Of a DNA stretch of 64,000 bases, positions 1-10,640 are shown one piece after another (positions within the stretch are counted from its first letter, which is position 1; every line of letters starts with the position of its first letter). The stretch comes from Naegleria gruberi (taxonomy: Eukaryota). Where the stretch lies: assembly GCA_000004985.1 (NCBI GenBank), contig GG738879.1; one strand, given 5' to 3'. The translations under genes were made by a program, and so were the position numbers. Under the pieces are notes generated by a model, which was not told the origin of the DNA, searched no databases, and saw nothing but the letters and a program-made list of their open reading frames with translations.

Positions 1-1352
1 AACCAAAATGGGAAACGACCACCAACAGCATGATTACCAACGAATGTATTGTTTGGATTCGTAATCCAAAATACTGAAACATCAGAATCAGATAAAATGA
101 TTTGACGAGGATTTTCTCTTGAGATTGGAATGGGGTCAACGCCCAAATTATTGTTAAATTCGTTTCCTACTTCAGAACCATCCTCTAAAAAGTACATATG
201 ACCAAAAGCACGATAACAAACATTATTCTTCAGAAGAATATAATTAGTATCGTGAACAACAAAACATCTTTGGTAACTGTGATGAACTGTGTTATGTGAA
301 ATTCAATCCAAATGGTTTGTTTTGTAACAAGTGGAAATGGAAACTATTGAAATTAATGAATATTAAATAACAACAGTTAGATAAATTATTAAAAACCAAA
401 CATACCTATATCTTCCCATTAAACCTTGTTGACCAAATCTTGTAATTTCAACTCCTTCCATTTGGAACTTTTCAACCAAACGAATAATAAAGTGACCACC
501 AAATAATGAACTCTCAGACGAATCATCCCCTCTAAAGACAATTCTTCTTGTTAATAAACCAACCTCTGCACGGATCTTTCCATTTGCACTTGCAAAGTGA
601 GTAAAGTTCAATGCTCTATCAAGAACAACAGTCTTATTACCATTCAATAATTGAATAATCTTTCGTTCTTCATTTTGATTTGGGAATGGTTCTCCTCTAA
701 TCCATCCCAAGGAAGCATTCTTTTCAACTCTATAATCATACACCTCACCATAGTCAGTAGAACTAACAACAATAGAATCACCAACATTCCAAGTAACGGC
801 ATCTCTCAACTCAAGTTGATTAATTCCCTTGGATGCATTCTTAACAATTTCTGTCCAACTTGGACCATAAACTTTACCATACATTTGAACAATTGAACCA
901 CTTAAGAATGCAATACCCTTAGAACCCAAACTTGCTCCATCATATGGATCTGAACCAATGTCATTAACTGAACTGCTCACACGATCGCCATAGAATGTAA
1001 CAACAACCTTTGAAGTGATTGGACAACTTGAACTTCCCATAATAAAACTACCATTTGATTCAACTCTAATAAAATTCAAATCCAAGCTCAAATTTACATT
1101 ATCAAATATTAAAGAACCACCTGATTTGACCGTAATCGAACGTAATCTATTGGGAGGAGAGACATTCATCTTGACAGCGTTTGAGATAACAATATCAGAA
1201 TTTGCTACATTCCATCCAGTCAAAGTATTAAAATTGACTAGACCAGCTTGTTGATATGGGCATTGTCCAAAAACCAACACACTTTCAATCATAAGTAAAC
1301 ACAATAAAGTGCTCACAAGTAAGATTGTAATACAATGTTTGTTGCAATACAT
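1..1352 (-). CDS. Secreted G8-domain protein, CEMIP/TMEM2-like, 5' part only. Exon 1 is about 1352 down to 408, with more exons toward the window start and at least one small intron (GTATGT...CAATAG, about 344-407). The gene runs off the window.
   Basis: ATG at 1352 is followed by a signal peptide (MYCNKHCITILLVSTLLCLLMIESVLVFGQ). The long glycine-punctuated G8-domain pattern ends in ...GLMGRY. Minus-strand translation of 1-300 gives ...SHNTVHHSYQRCFVVHDTNYILLKNNVCYRAFGHMYFLEDGSEVGNEFNN...SVFWITNPNNTFVGNHAVGGRFPFWF. From recalled CEMIP sequence, SIHHTFSRCVTVHG and FWMANPNN sit immediately after the G8 domain and match this. The exact splice junctions between 300 and 410 are unresolved. Confidence 0.6.
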
Positions 1353-1973
1353 GTCTTGATTTTTTTTTCTGTGTTCTCATACCTTAATTCACACATTCTT
1401 GCTTTTCAATCTGTTTTTATGACGACAGTTGAAAGGTTTTAGACAAACACAAACGAATCAGCAATTTGAATTATTGGTTGGTAGGATGTGCTCCTTAATT
1501 ACAACAAAAATCCTTATTATTATGGTATTCAAGTCTGTTTGTTCTTCACCTTGATACCCAATCATCAATACGGAAGGTCCATTGAGCTGATTTTGGAAAT
1601 GATGAAACGTATGACAGGCACACCTATACATGTTCATGTGAATACAGTGTTACCAATACTCTAGTAATTTGCTAAATAAAATTACACTACAGTAATATAT
1701 TCTCTATCTGGTTGAAAAATACAAATAAATTGTTGTATAAAGCTGTTGAGAAACATTTGCTGTTGTTATGATGAAGATCAAAATCCAAGGTTTTGCAGAA
1801 GAATGCAAAACATCATCCCGAAGCTGCTAAATTTGTCATTTTTTATTTAAAATCCACAACAGCAACCATTCTGCCATTTCTTAAGGCTCACTCAAGCAGA
1901 CCAATGCTCCCTTATCGACCACTACTATTATTCAACATCGATCCAAGTGTGATATATTAGCATTACATAATAT

Positions 1974-2804
1974 CAGGGGGGCGGAAAGTTGGTATCAGCC
2001 CAGCGAAAATGTTGAGATTCTTCAAAGTGATTCCAAGTTGATATATGTTTTTACAATCAATATAGAATGCTAAACTACAATCGCTTCATAACTTATCATA
2101 AAATACTTGAATTTTACTATTATTGATTTAAATATTAAATAAATAATCTATTTTAAGAGAAATTAAACAAACTAGTCCATTCTGGGACGAACATAATATA
2201 TAATAATATTGTATAGATTTTATTGCATTATTATATATGTTAATAGATTACTTGTCCTAAAATAATTTGTTTTTATGAAGCAGATGTTGTGAACAAGTAA
2301 ATTTCTTATTTAAATTTTGAGCCATAAAAATATTGACTGATTAGGAAGTTTCAAAAACAATAAATATGGTGAATTAAAAAAATAGCTATCCTCAAATCAT
2401 TTTAAATTGCATTTACTCCAATATTTGAAGATATGAAACATTTTAACCTTTCTTTCGTGGTAGCTGCGTAATTTTAAAAATCAGTGTTTTTCGCTTGGTT
2501 GTTACTTTACTATTTTGAGGTTGATAACCAACATTCGTTCTTGAGATATGAGCAAAAACAAAAAAATAGCTATTCTCAAATCGTTCTAAATCTTGTTTAC
2601 TGTTAAAAAAGACGATTTAATTTAAATAATTCTACCATTTCGTGGTAGCTGATTACAAAGTTTAATAGTGTATGAATTCATTGAGTTACTTTTCTTGCTG
2701 CAAAAAATGTCAAACTCAAAAATAAACTACAGATTACAAAATATTTGTTTATTGTGTTCATTTTTTCCTTTACTCAACATTTTTCTTCACTTTCCGCCCC
2801 CCTG
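1974..2804. mobile_element. Non-autonomous hAT-like DNA transposon (MITE-like), 831 bp. It has imperfect terminal inverted repeats of about 45 bp and an 8-bp target-site duplication CATAATAT at 1966-1973 and 2805-2812.
   Basis: The left end CAGGGGGGCGGAAAGT (1974-) is the exact reverse complement of the right end ACTTTCCGCCCCCCTG (-2804). A second shared block GAAAATGTTGAG lies about 20 nt inside both ends. Identical CATAATAT direct repeats flank the element. An 8-bp TSD and a CAG-initial TIR are typical of the hAT superfamily. There is no ORF inside. Confidence 0.6.
2381..2660. repeat. Tandem duplication of a roughly 180-bp unit inside the hAT-like element.
   Basis: AAAAATAGCTATCCTCAAATCATTTTAAATTGCATTTACT...TTTCGTGGTAGCTGCGTAATTTT (2381-2474) recurs as AAAAAAATAGCTATTCTCAAATCGTTCTAAATCTTGTTTACT...TTTCGTGGTAGCTGATTACAAAG (2561-2660). 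Confidence 0.55.
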
Positions 2805-2897
2805 CATAATATTTGAACACTCATCTTTTTTTCATAGTTGATCACTGCTGAAAGAACAAGCACTTCGATTTTCCACTCGAACTCTAGGAAGAAAAAA

Positions 2898-3665
2898 ATG
2901 CAACAAGAGCAAAAGGCGCCCACAACAGAGGAGAACAAGCAGAACATCAATGGTGATGAAATTCCAAAACTTTTCCATAGTGGTAAGGTGGTGAGAGGTC
3001 CTAGACACTTGAAACAAATCAAAAACCAGCAAACATTGGTGAGGGAGGAAAAGAAAAACCAATCATCACTTGAGAAGATACCAACAGAAATTACAAGTGA
3101 AGAGGATTATTGGAGTTTTAGAACAAATAAATTGCAACAGCAACGATCTGAAAGTTCTGCAAAGAAGACATGTTTGGATATTTATTCCAATGTAGTTCAC
3201 AAGTTGAAAGATGGTAGCGAAAAGGAGAATGAAATGCCATTAGCATTAGACAATAGTAATCGAGGGGTGAATACTCAATTATTCAGTGGATTAGTATTTT
3301 TCTTCAATAGCATACGAGGAAGTGGTCCAAATTCTCAATATAATCTAGTGAAATTGGCCTCTGTTCATGGAGCAACAGTACTGTAAGTTTTCTCATTCAA
3401 AATTTATTGAAACACTAACATTGAAAACAGACCAAATCCATCAAGAAAGAGAAAACTCACTCATGTCATTGCTTCCAACTTGCCAAACTCTAAAATTGAA
3501 AGAATGGAAAACAAGAAACACATTTCCAATCTTCATGTAAAATATGTCACTCCTTCATGGTTGACCGATTCAATTACACAAAATAAGGTACTTTCAGAGG
3601 CTTCCTATCTTCTCACCAAACCTAACTCTCCATCAACAACTAAATTCTTTACTATCAAAAAATAA
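2898..3665 (+). CDS. BRCT-domain protein, two exons: 2898..3382 and 3431..3665, about 239 aa.
   Basis: ATG after an A7 run. The 48-nt intron is GTAAGTTTTCTCATTCAAAATTTATTGAAACACTAACATTGAAAACAG, with an ACTAAC branch motif. The spliced frame joins ...LFSGLVFFFNSIRGSGPNSQYNLVKLASVHGATVL to PNPSRKRKLTHVIASNLPNSKIE...VKYVTPSWLTDSI..., a canonical BRCT fold signature (F.G..F...G, THVIA, W..DSI). Confidence 0.6.
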
Positions 3666-3851
3666 TAATTATTGTTTTAATAATTGAAATTTTAAGGAAC
3701 TATCGAATTTGTGAAGTTAACATTATTGAACAATTTCATAATAAAATGATGGGTTTCCAATATTTCTTAATGAGACTATTTGGAAAGTGTGAAAGCCATT
3801 ACAATACTTCATCAAGAAATAATATTTAATAATTTATTTAAATTAAAAAAA

Positions 3852-6800
3852 ATGTCTAAAAAACAACCAAGCGAACTTTCTATTGATGATTTGCTTCGGG
3901 AAATTGATCAGACTGTTTATGAGCAACCAAAGGAAAATACTCGTGAGATTCCATTCCAAATCAGAGGAAGTGGTCTTGTAGGAGATGTTTCCTTGTACAA
4001 TGTTGGCTTTCAATTTGGCAATGATTACTTTAAACATGCCGAAAAACAAGGAAAGGAAGCCTTCTCATCAACTCACGTTCCATTCCCAAAACAATTGGAA
4101 CCATCCGAGTATATGAAACAAGCCTATTTGACACCTAAATTGGAAAATGCTCAAGAGGATTATCGTATCTTCCCTAGATTATTTAAACCAAACGAATTGT
4201 ATTCATTGGCTGTTTCCAAACCAAAATATGTTATTGAAACAGTTAAAGATCCATTCACTGGAAAAATTAAAGAATGCAAAGAGATTTATAGTCCACAAGC
4301 AAATGACACTTCAAAATCCTCAACATCATTATTGAGACAACCTGCTGCCAGTAAAGACTTTGTTAGAGGTAGCAGTCACAATGTTCCTTTCCATTTTGGA
4401 GGTATTGATAGAGATGAAGAAAGAGGAATTGAACAAGTTTTGGAAGGAGAAGCTGAAGCTAACAATGAACCTACTATTGTCAATGTCTTTGATAGACCAA
4501 TTGAAGAGGAATTGAAGTTATTATCTCAACAAGACAATGAAAAGGATTACTCTTCAGTCGTTGATGGTTTGGAAACAAGACCAAGTGGATTCAAACATGG
4601 TCTCTTCCATTCTGCCAACAAAAGTCAAGCTAATATTGACACTACTGATTTGAATGCTTTGGCTGTCGGTAAAAATCAACAAGGATTATTGGATGCCTAC
4701 AAGCAGGATATTTCTAATTACAATATTGATGGAAATGAAGAAGTTTTCTTGTCTGTCGAACAACAAAGAGAACTCAGAAGAAGAGAAGAATCTAGAAATA
4801 GAAAGGAACAATTACTCAATTTTACAGAAGTCTTTTCGTCAACACTATCTGATGATCCATTTGGAAATATTGAAGAAGATTACAGTGAAAATAACCAAAC
4901 TAATGGACAAGTTGCTACTTCTGGTAGCTCTCCAACTGTTCAAGCATCAGCTGAAGAAGAAAAACAAAAACAAGTTGCTGAAATTAGAAAAGTTAAAAAC
5001 AGATCTGAATATACTATTGATGATCTTTTGGATGCCGATGAAGATGTCTTGTATTCCTCATTTATCAAGAAGCAAGGTAAAAGACAAAAAGAAAATGAAT
5101 ATGCCATCATGTCTCGTGTTGATGTTTCTAACTTTAAGCAATTAGTCCCAGAAATGGCTATTCAATATCCTTTTGATTTGGATATTTTCCAAAAAGAAGC
5201 TGTTTACCACTTGGAAAATAATGAAAGCGTCTTTGTTTCTGCCCACACTAGTGCTGGTAAAACTGTTGTTGCCGAATATGCTATTGCTCTGGCACAAAAA
5301 CACTTGACAAGAGTTATCTATACCTCTCCAATCAAAACTCTATCTAACCAAAAGTTCCGTGAATTCAAAAAGACCTTTGGTGATGTTGGTATCTTAACAG
5401 GTGATGTTCAAATCAATCCAACTGCTACTTGCTTAATCATGACAACAGAAATTTTGCGTTCCATGTTATATAAGGGTGCTGACTTGATCAGAGATGTTGA
5501 ATGGGTCATTTTCGATGAAGTTCACTACGTCAACGATCCTGAAAGAGGTGTCGTTTGGGAAGAAGTTATTATTATGCTTCCAAAACATATTAACCTTATT
5601 TTACTCTCAGCTACAATTCCAAATACCTATGACTTTGCTGATTGGGTTGGTAGAACCAAGAAAAAGAAGATTCACGTCATTCAAACATTCAAGAGACCTG
5701 TTCCTCTTGAACATCATTTGTACTATAATGGAAATATTTACAAGATTGTCGATTCCAATTCTAAATTCCTTGCTGCAGGTTATAGATCTGCTCTTTCAGC
5801 TGAAGAAGAAAAGGAAGAAAAGAATAAGAGTAGAGGTGGATTCAAAAAGACACCATATTCCAAGCTGATTGAAACTCTCAATAAGAAGAATTTACTTCCT
5901 GCTGTTACTTTCGTTTTCAGTAGAAAACAATGTGAAGATATCGCCATTTCTCTTCAAAATACAGATCTCAATGAGGCTGGAGAAAAGAATGAGATTCACA
6001 GATTTATTAATCAATCAGTTTCCAGATTGAAGGGATCTGATAAGGAATTACCTCAAATTGTGAGAATTTCTGACTTGCTCAAGAGAGGTATTGGTATTCA
6101 CCACTCTGGTTTATTACCAATCGTTAAGGAAATTGTAGAAATTTTGTTTTCAAAAGGTCTTATCAAGGTACTCTTTGCTACAGAAACATTTGCTATGGGT
6201 GTTAACAGTCCAACAAAGACTGTAGTTTTCAACACATTATGGAAGTTTGATGGTAGAGACAAGAGAGATTTATTGTCTGGAGAATATATTCAAATGAGTG
6301 GTAGAGCTGGTAGAAGAGGTCTCGATACTGTTGGTAACGTTATTATCAATTGTGCTTCTGAAATTCCTGAAGAACCTCTTCTCCAAAGATTAATCCTTGG
6401 TAAAGCAACTCACCTTGAAAGTAAATTCAAGTTGAGTTACAACATGATTTTGAACTTGATGAGAGTTGAAGATTTCAAGATTCAAGACATGATTAAGAGA
6501 TCCTTCTCTGAGAGCAGAACTCAACAAATTGTACCAAACAAGGAACTTTTGCTTAAGAGTAAGGAAAAGTTGGCAGAAATTGAGAATATTGATTGTATTA
6601 ACGGAGAACCTGCTATCGAACCATTCTATGCTGTTGCAAGAGATTTAGAAGATTTGAACTACAAGATTACAATGGAAGTCATGACAAATTCAAAGGTTGG
6701 AACATTGTTAACATTTGGTAGAGTTGTTGTTGCTAGATACAAGCTTGGATATACTTTGGCCATTCTTGTTCGTCAAGATACTTCAACCACCAATAAGGAT

Positions 6801-7919
6801 GACAAATTCTACGTACTTTTGGCTGTCAAACTTAATCCATCATTTGAAAGAAGAAAACAAATCATTCCAATCCCAACTGTTTCTGGACTCCCAGAATTTT
6901 CTCCAATCTTGCTTCCTCAAACTGGAGAGCTTAGTACTTTGATTGCTTGTCCTTCCTATGATATTTTAACAATTTGTAATGAAAAACTCAACTTGACATC
7001 ATCCATGGAAGAATTTAGTTTCCATAAGGAAACATCAGAAATGAGAGCAGCTGCCAATCAACTTATCAACATTTGGAAAGAAAAACCACCAACACCAATG
7101 AATATCGTTAAGGAACTCAAATTATCATCCCTAGAATTTACTGAAGCACTGTCAAAGAGACAACAAATTATTCTCAAGCTTCAAGAAAACAAGTGTAACA
7201 TTTGTCCTAAATTGGAGGAACACTTTGATAAGATTGATAAGCAACACAAGATTAGACAAGGTCTCGATAAATTGAGATATGCCCTTTCAGATGAAAACTT
7301 GGAATTGATGCCAGAAGTTAGAAAGAGAATCAAGGTACTCAAATTGTTGAAATATGTAGATATTGATGAAACTGTACAATTGAAGGGTAGAGTTGCTTGC
7401 GAATTGAACTCTTGTGATGAAATGTTAGTTACTGAAATGATCTTTGAAAACTTCTTTACAACCATGACATGTGAAGAAGCTGTTGCCGTTCTCTCATGTT
7501 TGGTTTGTCAATCAAGAGGAGAATCAGAAGAACCAACCCTCACCAAGAGATTACAAGAATTGAAAGATAAGGTTTCAAACTTGGCTCTCAGTCTTGGTCA
7601 ACTTCAAATGGAAAATGGTTTAGACACAAGCCCAACTGATTACCTCTCCAAGACTCTTAACTTCTCAATGATGGAAGTTGCCTATGAATGGGCAATGGGA
7701 CAAGAATTCAAAGACATTTGTTCTCTCACAACCATTCCAGAAGGTACTGTTGTGAGAAGTATTTCACAATTGGATCAAGCACTTCGTGATGTAAGAAATG
7801 CTGCTCGTATTATTGGTGATACCAACCTTTACCAAAAGATGGAAGAATCCTCTAGAAAGATTCGTCGTGATATTATCTTTGCGGCATCATTATTCTTATT
7901 CCCGACTGATGAGAAATAA
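3852..7919 (+). CDS. SKI2: SKI2-type (Ski2/SKIV2L-like) DExH-box RNA helicase, 1355 aa.
   Basis: ATG after an A-run. Helicase motifs I (AHTSAGKT), II (DEVH), III (SAT) and VI (QMSGRAGRRG) are present. The arch/KOW-like region and a DSHCT-like C-terminus (WAMGQEF...TIPEGTVVRSISQLDQALRDV) are present. The long low-complexity N-terminus is typical of Ski2 rather than Mtr4. Confidence 0.8.
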   Translation: MSKKQPSELSIDDLLREIDQTVYEQPKENTREIPFQIRGSGLVGDVSLYNVGFQFGNDYFKHAEKQGKEAFSSTHVPFPKQLEPSEYMKQAYLTPKLENAQEDYRIFPRLFKPNELYSLAVSKPKYVIETVKDPFTGKIKECKEIYSPQANDTSKSSTSLLRQPAASKDFVRGSSHNVPFHFGGIDRDEERGIEQVLEGEAEANNEPTIVNVFDRPIEEELKLLSQQDNEKDYSSVVDGLETRPSGFKHGLFHSANKSQANIDTTDLNALAVGKNQQGLLDAYKQDISNYNIDGNEEVFLSVEQQRELRRREESRNRKEQLLNFTEVFSSTLSDDPFGNIEEDYSENNQTNGQVATSGSSPTVQASAEEEKQKQVAEIRKVKNRSEYTIDDLLDADEDVLYSSFIKKQGKRQKENEYAIMSRVDVSNFKQLVPEMAIQYPFDLDIFQKEAVYHLENNESVFVSAHTSAGKTVVAEYAIALAQKHLTRVIYTSPIKTLSNQKFREFKKTFGDVGILTGDVQINPTATCLIMTTEILRSMLYKGADLIRDVEWVIFDEVHYVNDPERGVVWEEVIIMLPKHINLILLSATIPNTYDFADWVGRTKKKKIHVIQTFKRPVPLEHHLYYNGNIYKIVDSNSKFLAAGYRSALSAEEEKEEKNKSRGGFKKTPYSKLIETLNKKNLLPAVTFVFSRKQCEDIAISLQNTDLNEAGEKNEIHRFINQSVSRLKGSDKELPQIVRISDLLKRGIGIHHSGLLPIVKEIVEILFSKGLIKVLFATETFAMGVNSPTKTVVFNTLWKFDGRDKRDLLSGEYIQMSGRAGRRGLDTVGNVIINCASEIPEEPLLQRLILGKATHLESKFKLSYNMILNLMRVEDFKIQDMIKRSFSESRTQQIVPNKELLLKSKEKLAEIENIDCINGEPAIEPFYAVARDLEDLNYKITMEVMTNSKVGTLLTFGRVVVARYKLGYTLAILVRQDTSTTNKDDKFYVLLAVKLNPSFERRKQIIPIPTVSGLPEFSPILLPQTGELSTLIACPSYDILTICNEKLNLTSSMEEFSFHKETSEMRAAANQLINIWKEKPPTPMNIVKELKLSSLEFTEALSKRQQIILKLQENKCNICPKLEEHFDKIDKQHKIRQGLDKLRYALSDENLELMPEVRKRIKVLKLLKYVDIDETVQLKGRVACELNSCDEMLVTEMIFENFFTTMTCEEAVAVLSCLVCQSRGESEEPTLTKRLQELKDKVSNLALSLGQLQMENGLDTSPTDYLSKTLNFSMMEVAYEWAMGQEFKDICSLTTIPEGTVVRSISQLDQALRDVRNAARIIGDTNLYQKMEESSRKIRRDIIFAASLFLFPTDEK

Positions 7920-8006
7920 ATTCCATCATCTTTAATAATAATTAATTATCTTTTGCTGTATCGTGCTGTTAATAGAAATAAATTAATAATTAATTATTTA
8001 TTTACA

Positions 8007-8510
8007 TTATTTATCCTTCTTATTCATATCCTCCCATTCCTTCAGCCATCCGACAACTCTATACTTCATTTCAAAGTGATTATACATTCCGTACAAGTTA
8101 TCCTTTTCAAAAGCACCAAGACTAGAAATATCCAATTGATCCAAAAGACTTGGCTTGAGTTCATTCTTGGCTAAAGCCACAGAGCTTTCATGTCCAGCAA
8201 ACATATCATATGTTTCATTTGGTCCATAGAAGCCACTACCAGTAACATCAAAAATCTTTCCAAGAACACTAACATAGATTTTCTTGTTAGGATTGGTAGA
8301 ACTTTCAACACCATTGTAGGTGTGTAATTCTTCAAGAGTAAATTCTCTCTCTTCAATCTTTTCTTCTTCTTCATCACTGTCAGAATCTGATGATGAACTG
8401 TAGGCATCTCCGGAAGCTGTCTTGCCCTTGCTCTGATTACTATACATATTATAAATAAAAACAGCTCCAACAATAAAAACTGCTATTATCAACACGGTTG
8501 TCAAATCCAT
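8007..8510 (-). CDS. Membrane-associated progesterone-receptor (MAPR/PGRMC/Dap1-like) cytochrome b5-like heme/steroid-binding protein, paralog 1.
   Basis: N-terminal TM helix, acidic SSSSDSDSDEEEE linker, then the cyt-b5-like core KIYVSVLGKIFDVTGSGFYGPNETYDMFAGHESSVALA matching the MAPR family. Confidence 0.75.
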   Translation of the reverse strand: MDLTTVLIIAVFIVGAVFIYNMYSNQSKGKTASGDAYSSSSDSDSDEEEEKIEEREFTLEELHTYNGVESSTNPNKKIYVSVLGKIFDVTGSGFYGPNETYDMFAGHESSVALAKNELKPSLLDQLDISSLGAFEKDNLYGMYNHFEMKYRVVGWLKEWEDMNKKDK

Positions 8511-8743
8511 TTTCTTTTCTCTCTCTTATTTGAAAACAAAATCTTTGGCAATAGATTCACCTAGATACAATTTTTTTGTCCTATCAAGCCTATTTATAGG
8601 TCGTATTTAAAAATTGGAGTAGCATCATTTTCCAACATAATGTACGCATACGATTACAACAAAAATTGTGAATACCAGTTGTTAATACTGTAAATCAACA
8701 AGGAGAAAATGTCTCCAACGAGTAAAATTAATAATTATTAGTA

Positions 8744-8761
8744 GATGATGATGATGATGAT
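8744..8761. repeat. (GAT)n microsatellite in an intergenic spacer.
   Basis: GATGATGATGATGATGA run. Confidence 0.7.
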
Positions 8762-8967
8762 TTAAAAAAATAATCGTCATCATGATAAAAACTTTTTGAT
8801 TCGATTTTATGGTCCTACAAAGTACTTACACACGGGAAAATTGGTTGGTGATTTGTTGAAAATGATTTGAGCATTATCAAAAGAAAAGAAGATTGGATTG
8901 TTTTCCACAAATCAAAACACGTATTGATGAACAACAAAACACGTATTGTGGTCAAGAATATAGAAAA

Positions 8968-9477
8968 ATGTTCAAACGCTACCTATGCCAATTGCTCTTC
9001 TTTTCAATTGCCTTTCTCATCCTATTCTTTCATGTTTATCATCAGCTTGGCTTTGATCTCTATCAACATGATGTTGTTTTGCAGAGAAGTAAATCATCGG
9101 AATTAGTTCAACGATGTGTTCTTGGTTGCATCAATCCAAAGACCCATCCAAACACCAAGCAAAGTACAATTAAAATTGGAGATGTATTGTTTCATCAGGG
9201 AGTTGTTGATACAGTTGGTTTTCCTCCAAATTTGCCAATTGTGGTGGTGGATTATCAGTTGAATAGAACAAATTTTGTGTTGGAATGGAAGACAGTGCAA
9301 AAATCAGATTGGTTGGATATGAGCGAACGATATTCCTATTCGAATGTGGATGGTCATTTGAGAATCAAGGTGTTTGAGAGTGGTTATTTGACTCTGTTGA
9401 CTAATTGGTTGACACCTTTTGATTCATTCCACTACTGGCGCTTGAATTCGTGTCTTGGATCAAACAAAGTTTTGTAA
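8968..9477 (+). CDS. Small hypothetical membrane protein (signal-anchor/TM followed by a roughly 130-aa domain).
   Basis: First real ATG (MFKRYLCQLLFFSIAFLILFFHVY...) with an A-rich context. The ORF-track start at 8893 is a TTG. No recognisable domain. Confidence 0.35.
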   Translation: MFKRYLCQLLFFSIAFLILFFHVYHQLGFDLYQHDVVLQRSKSSELVQRCVLGCINPKTHPNTKQSTIKIGDVLFHQGVVDTVGFPPNLPIVVVDYQLNRTNFVLEWKTVQKSDWLDMSERYSYSNVDGHLRIKVFESGYLTLLTNWLTPFDSFHYWRLNSCLGSNKVL

Positions 9478-9576
9478 TTGTCACATTTTAAACGTGAGGC
9501 CAATCAGAATTGTCCACTCATTCCACTAATAAAACCAAGCATGACAAACAAAACGTGAAACAATTCAAAAAAAAGT

Positions 9577-10632
9577 ATGTTGAGCACCAACACTGCGTCA
9601 TCGAGCACAGACAACCTTTTCCAATACATTAAAAAGTTGGTGCTTTCCAATAATTTGAAAGAGCTTCAACAAGTTGATCTTTCACAAATAAGCAACGATG
9701 AAATGAATGAATTGATTGAACTTGCTATTGAAAATGAATTTTGGGAGATTGTTTGCTTCTTGCGACAATATTTCTTCAATGATAATGAATTTGATAATCT
9801 AGACACCAATTATGAAACTGACAAACATAATCAAAAAGGTGTTAAGGATAAATATGTACAAGCCAAAGATACCAAGCATGGAAAGATTGTTGGAAAATAC
9901 TGCTTGACCAGTGGGAATAGTGAATACTTTATCAACTTGAAGGTTGCCCCCTCTCCATATACAATCCCAATCATTGATATTGATTGTAACGAATTGGGAG
10001 AAACTCAATTTGGAGTTAATATTGAGAAGTTAGATCAAAACAACCATGTGGAACAACTATCCTTCTCAAAATTTGATTTGGTTTTTCCCAAATCTGAACA
10101 TTCCCTCCAAACACTTTTAAATAACAAAGCTTTACCATGTAAAGCAGCGTTAAAGTGGATTTTACAACTAATCCAAGGAGTTCAATTCTTACACAAGCAA
10201 GGATTTGTTCACAGAAATATCAAACCATTCCATGTGCATGTTTATAAGGACCCAGTCACAGGAGATAAAAGTGTGAAATTGGGAGCAACTTGGGGAGCAT
10301 GTCCTATTGGTTATAAAGGAGAAGTTTATGGTTCAAGTGAAATACAAGCTCCAGAGATTAGCCAGCACGATGATGAAGAAGATTTCGAATACTGGCCAAG
10401 TTTAGATATTTATTTACTTGGTTGCACCCTTGCTGAATTAATGAATATTGTCATACTTACAGAACATGAATTGGAGCTTGTTAATGCTTTCATTAACAGA
10501 ATGAAACATGAAAATCCTATGGAGAGACCTGATATTGATGAATGCTATGAATTTTTCCATGATTTATTTCAATCCATGTTGTTCCCATTTTCAAACAAAT
10601 TTTCAGATTGTGTATTCAAATCATCTCAATAA
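9577..10632 (+). CDS. Protein-kinase-like domain protein, probably a pseudokinase.
   Basis: Catalytic-loop-like HRNIKP (N replaces the catalytic D). There is no DFG (VKLGATWG instead). The APE motif (QAPEISQ) and a DIYLLGCTLAELM subdomain-IX-like helix are present. No Gly-rich loop. Confidence 0.5.
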   Translation: MLSTNTASSSTDNLFQYIKKLVLSNNLKELQQVDLSQISNDEMNELIELAIENEFWEIVCFLRQYFFNDNEFDNLDTNYETDKHNQKGVKDKYVQAKDTKHGKIVGKYCLTSGNSEYFINLKVAPSPYTIPIIDIDCNELGETQFGVNIEKLDQNNHVEQLSFSKFDLVFPKSEHSLQTLLNNKALPCKAALKWILQLIQGVQFLHKQGFVHRNIKPFHVHVYKDPVTGDKSVKLGATWGACPIGYKGEVYGSSEIQAPEISQHDDEEDFEYWPSLDIYLLGCTLAELMNIVILTEHELELVNAFINRMKHENPMERPDIDECYEFFHDLFQSMLFPFSNKFSDCVFKSSQ

Positions 10633-10640
10633 ATGTTCAT

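Noticed and set aside
651-1254. Small plus-strand ORFs 651..896 and 1015..1254
   Set aside because: They lie antisense inside the G8-domain exon, are low-complexity, and have no start context.
3480-3665. Stand-alone 61-aa ORF
   Set aside because: It is exon 2 of the BRCT gene (joined via the 48-nt intron at 3383..3430), not a separate gene.
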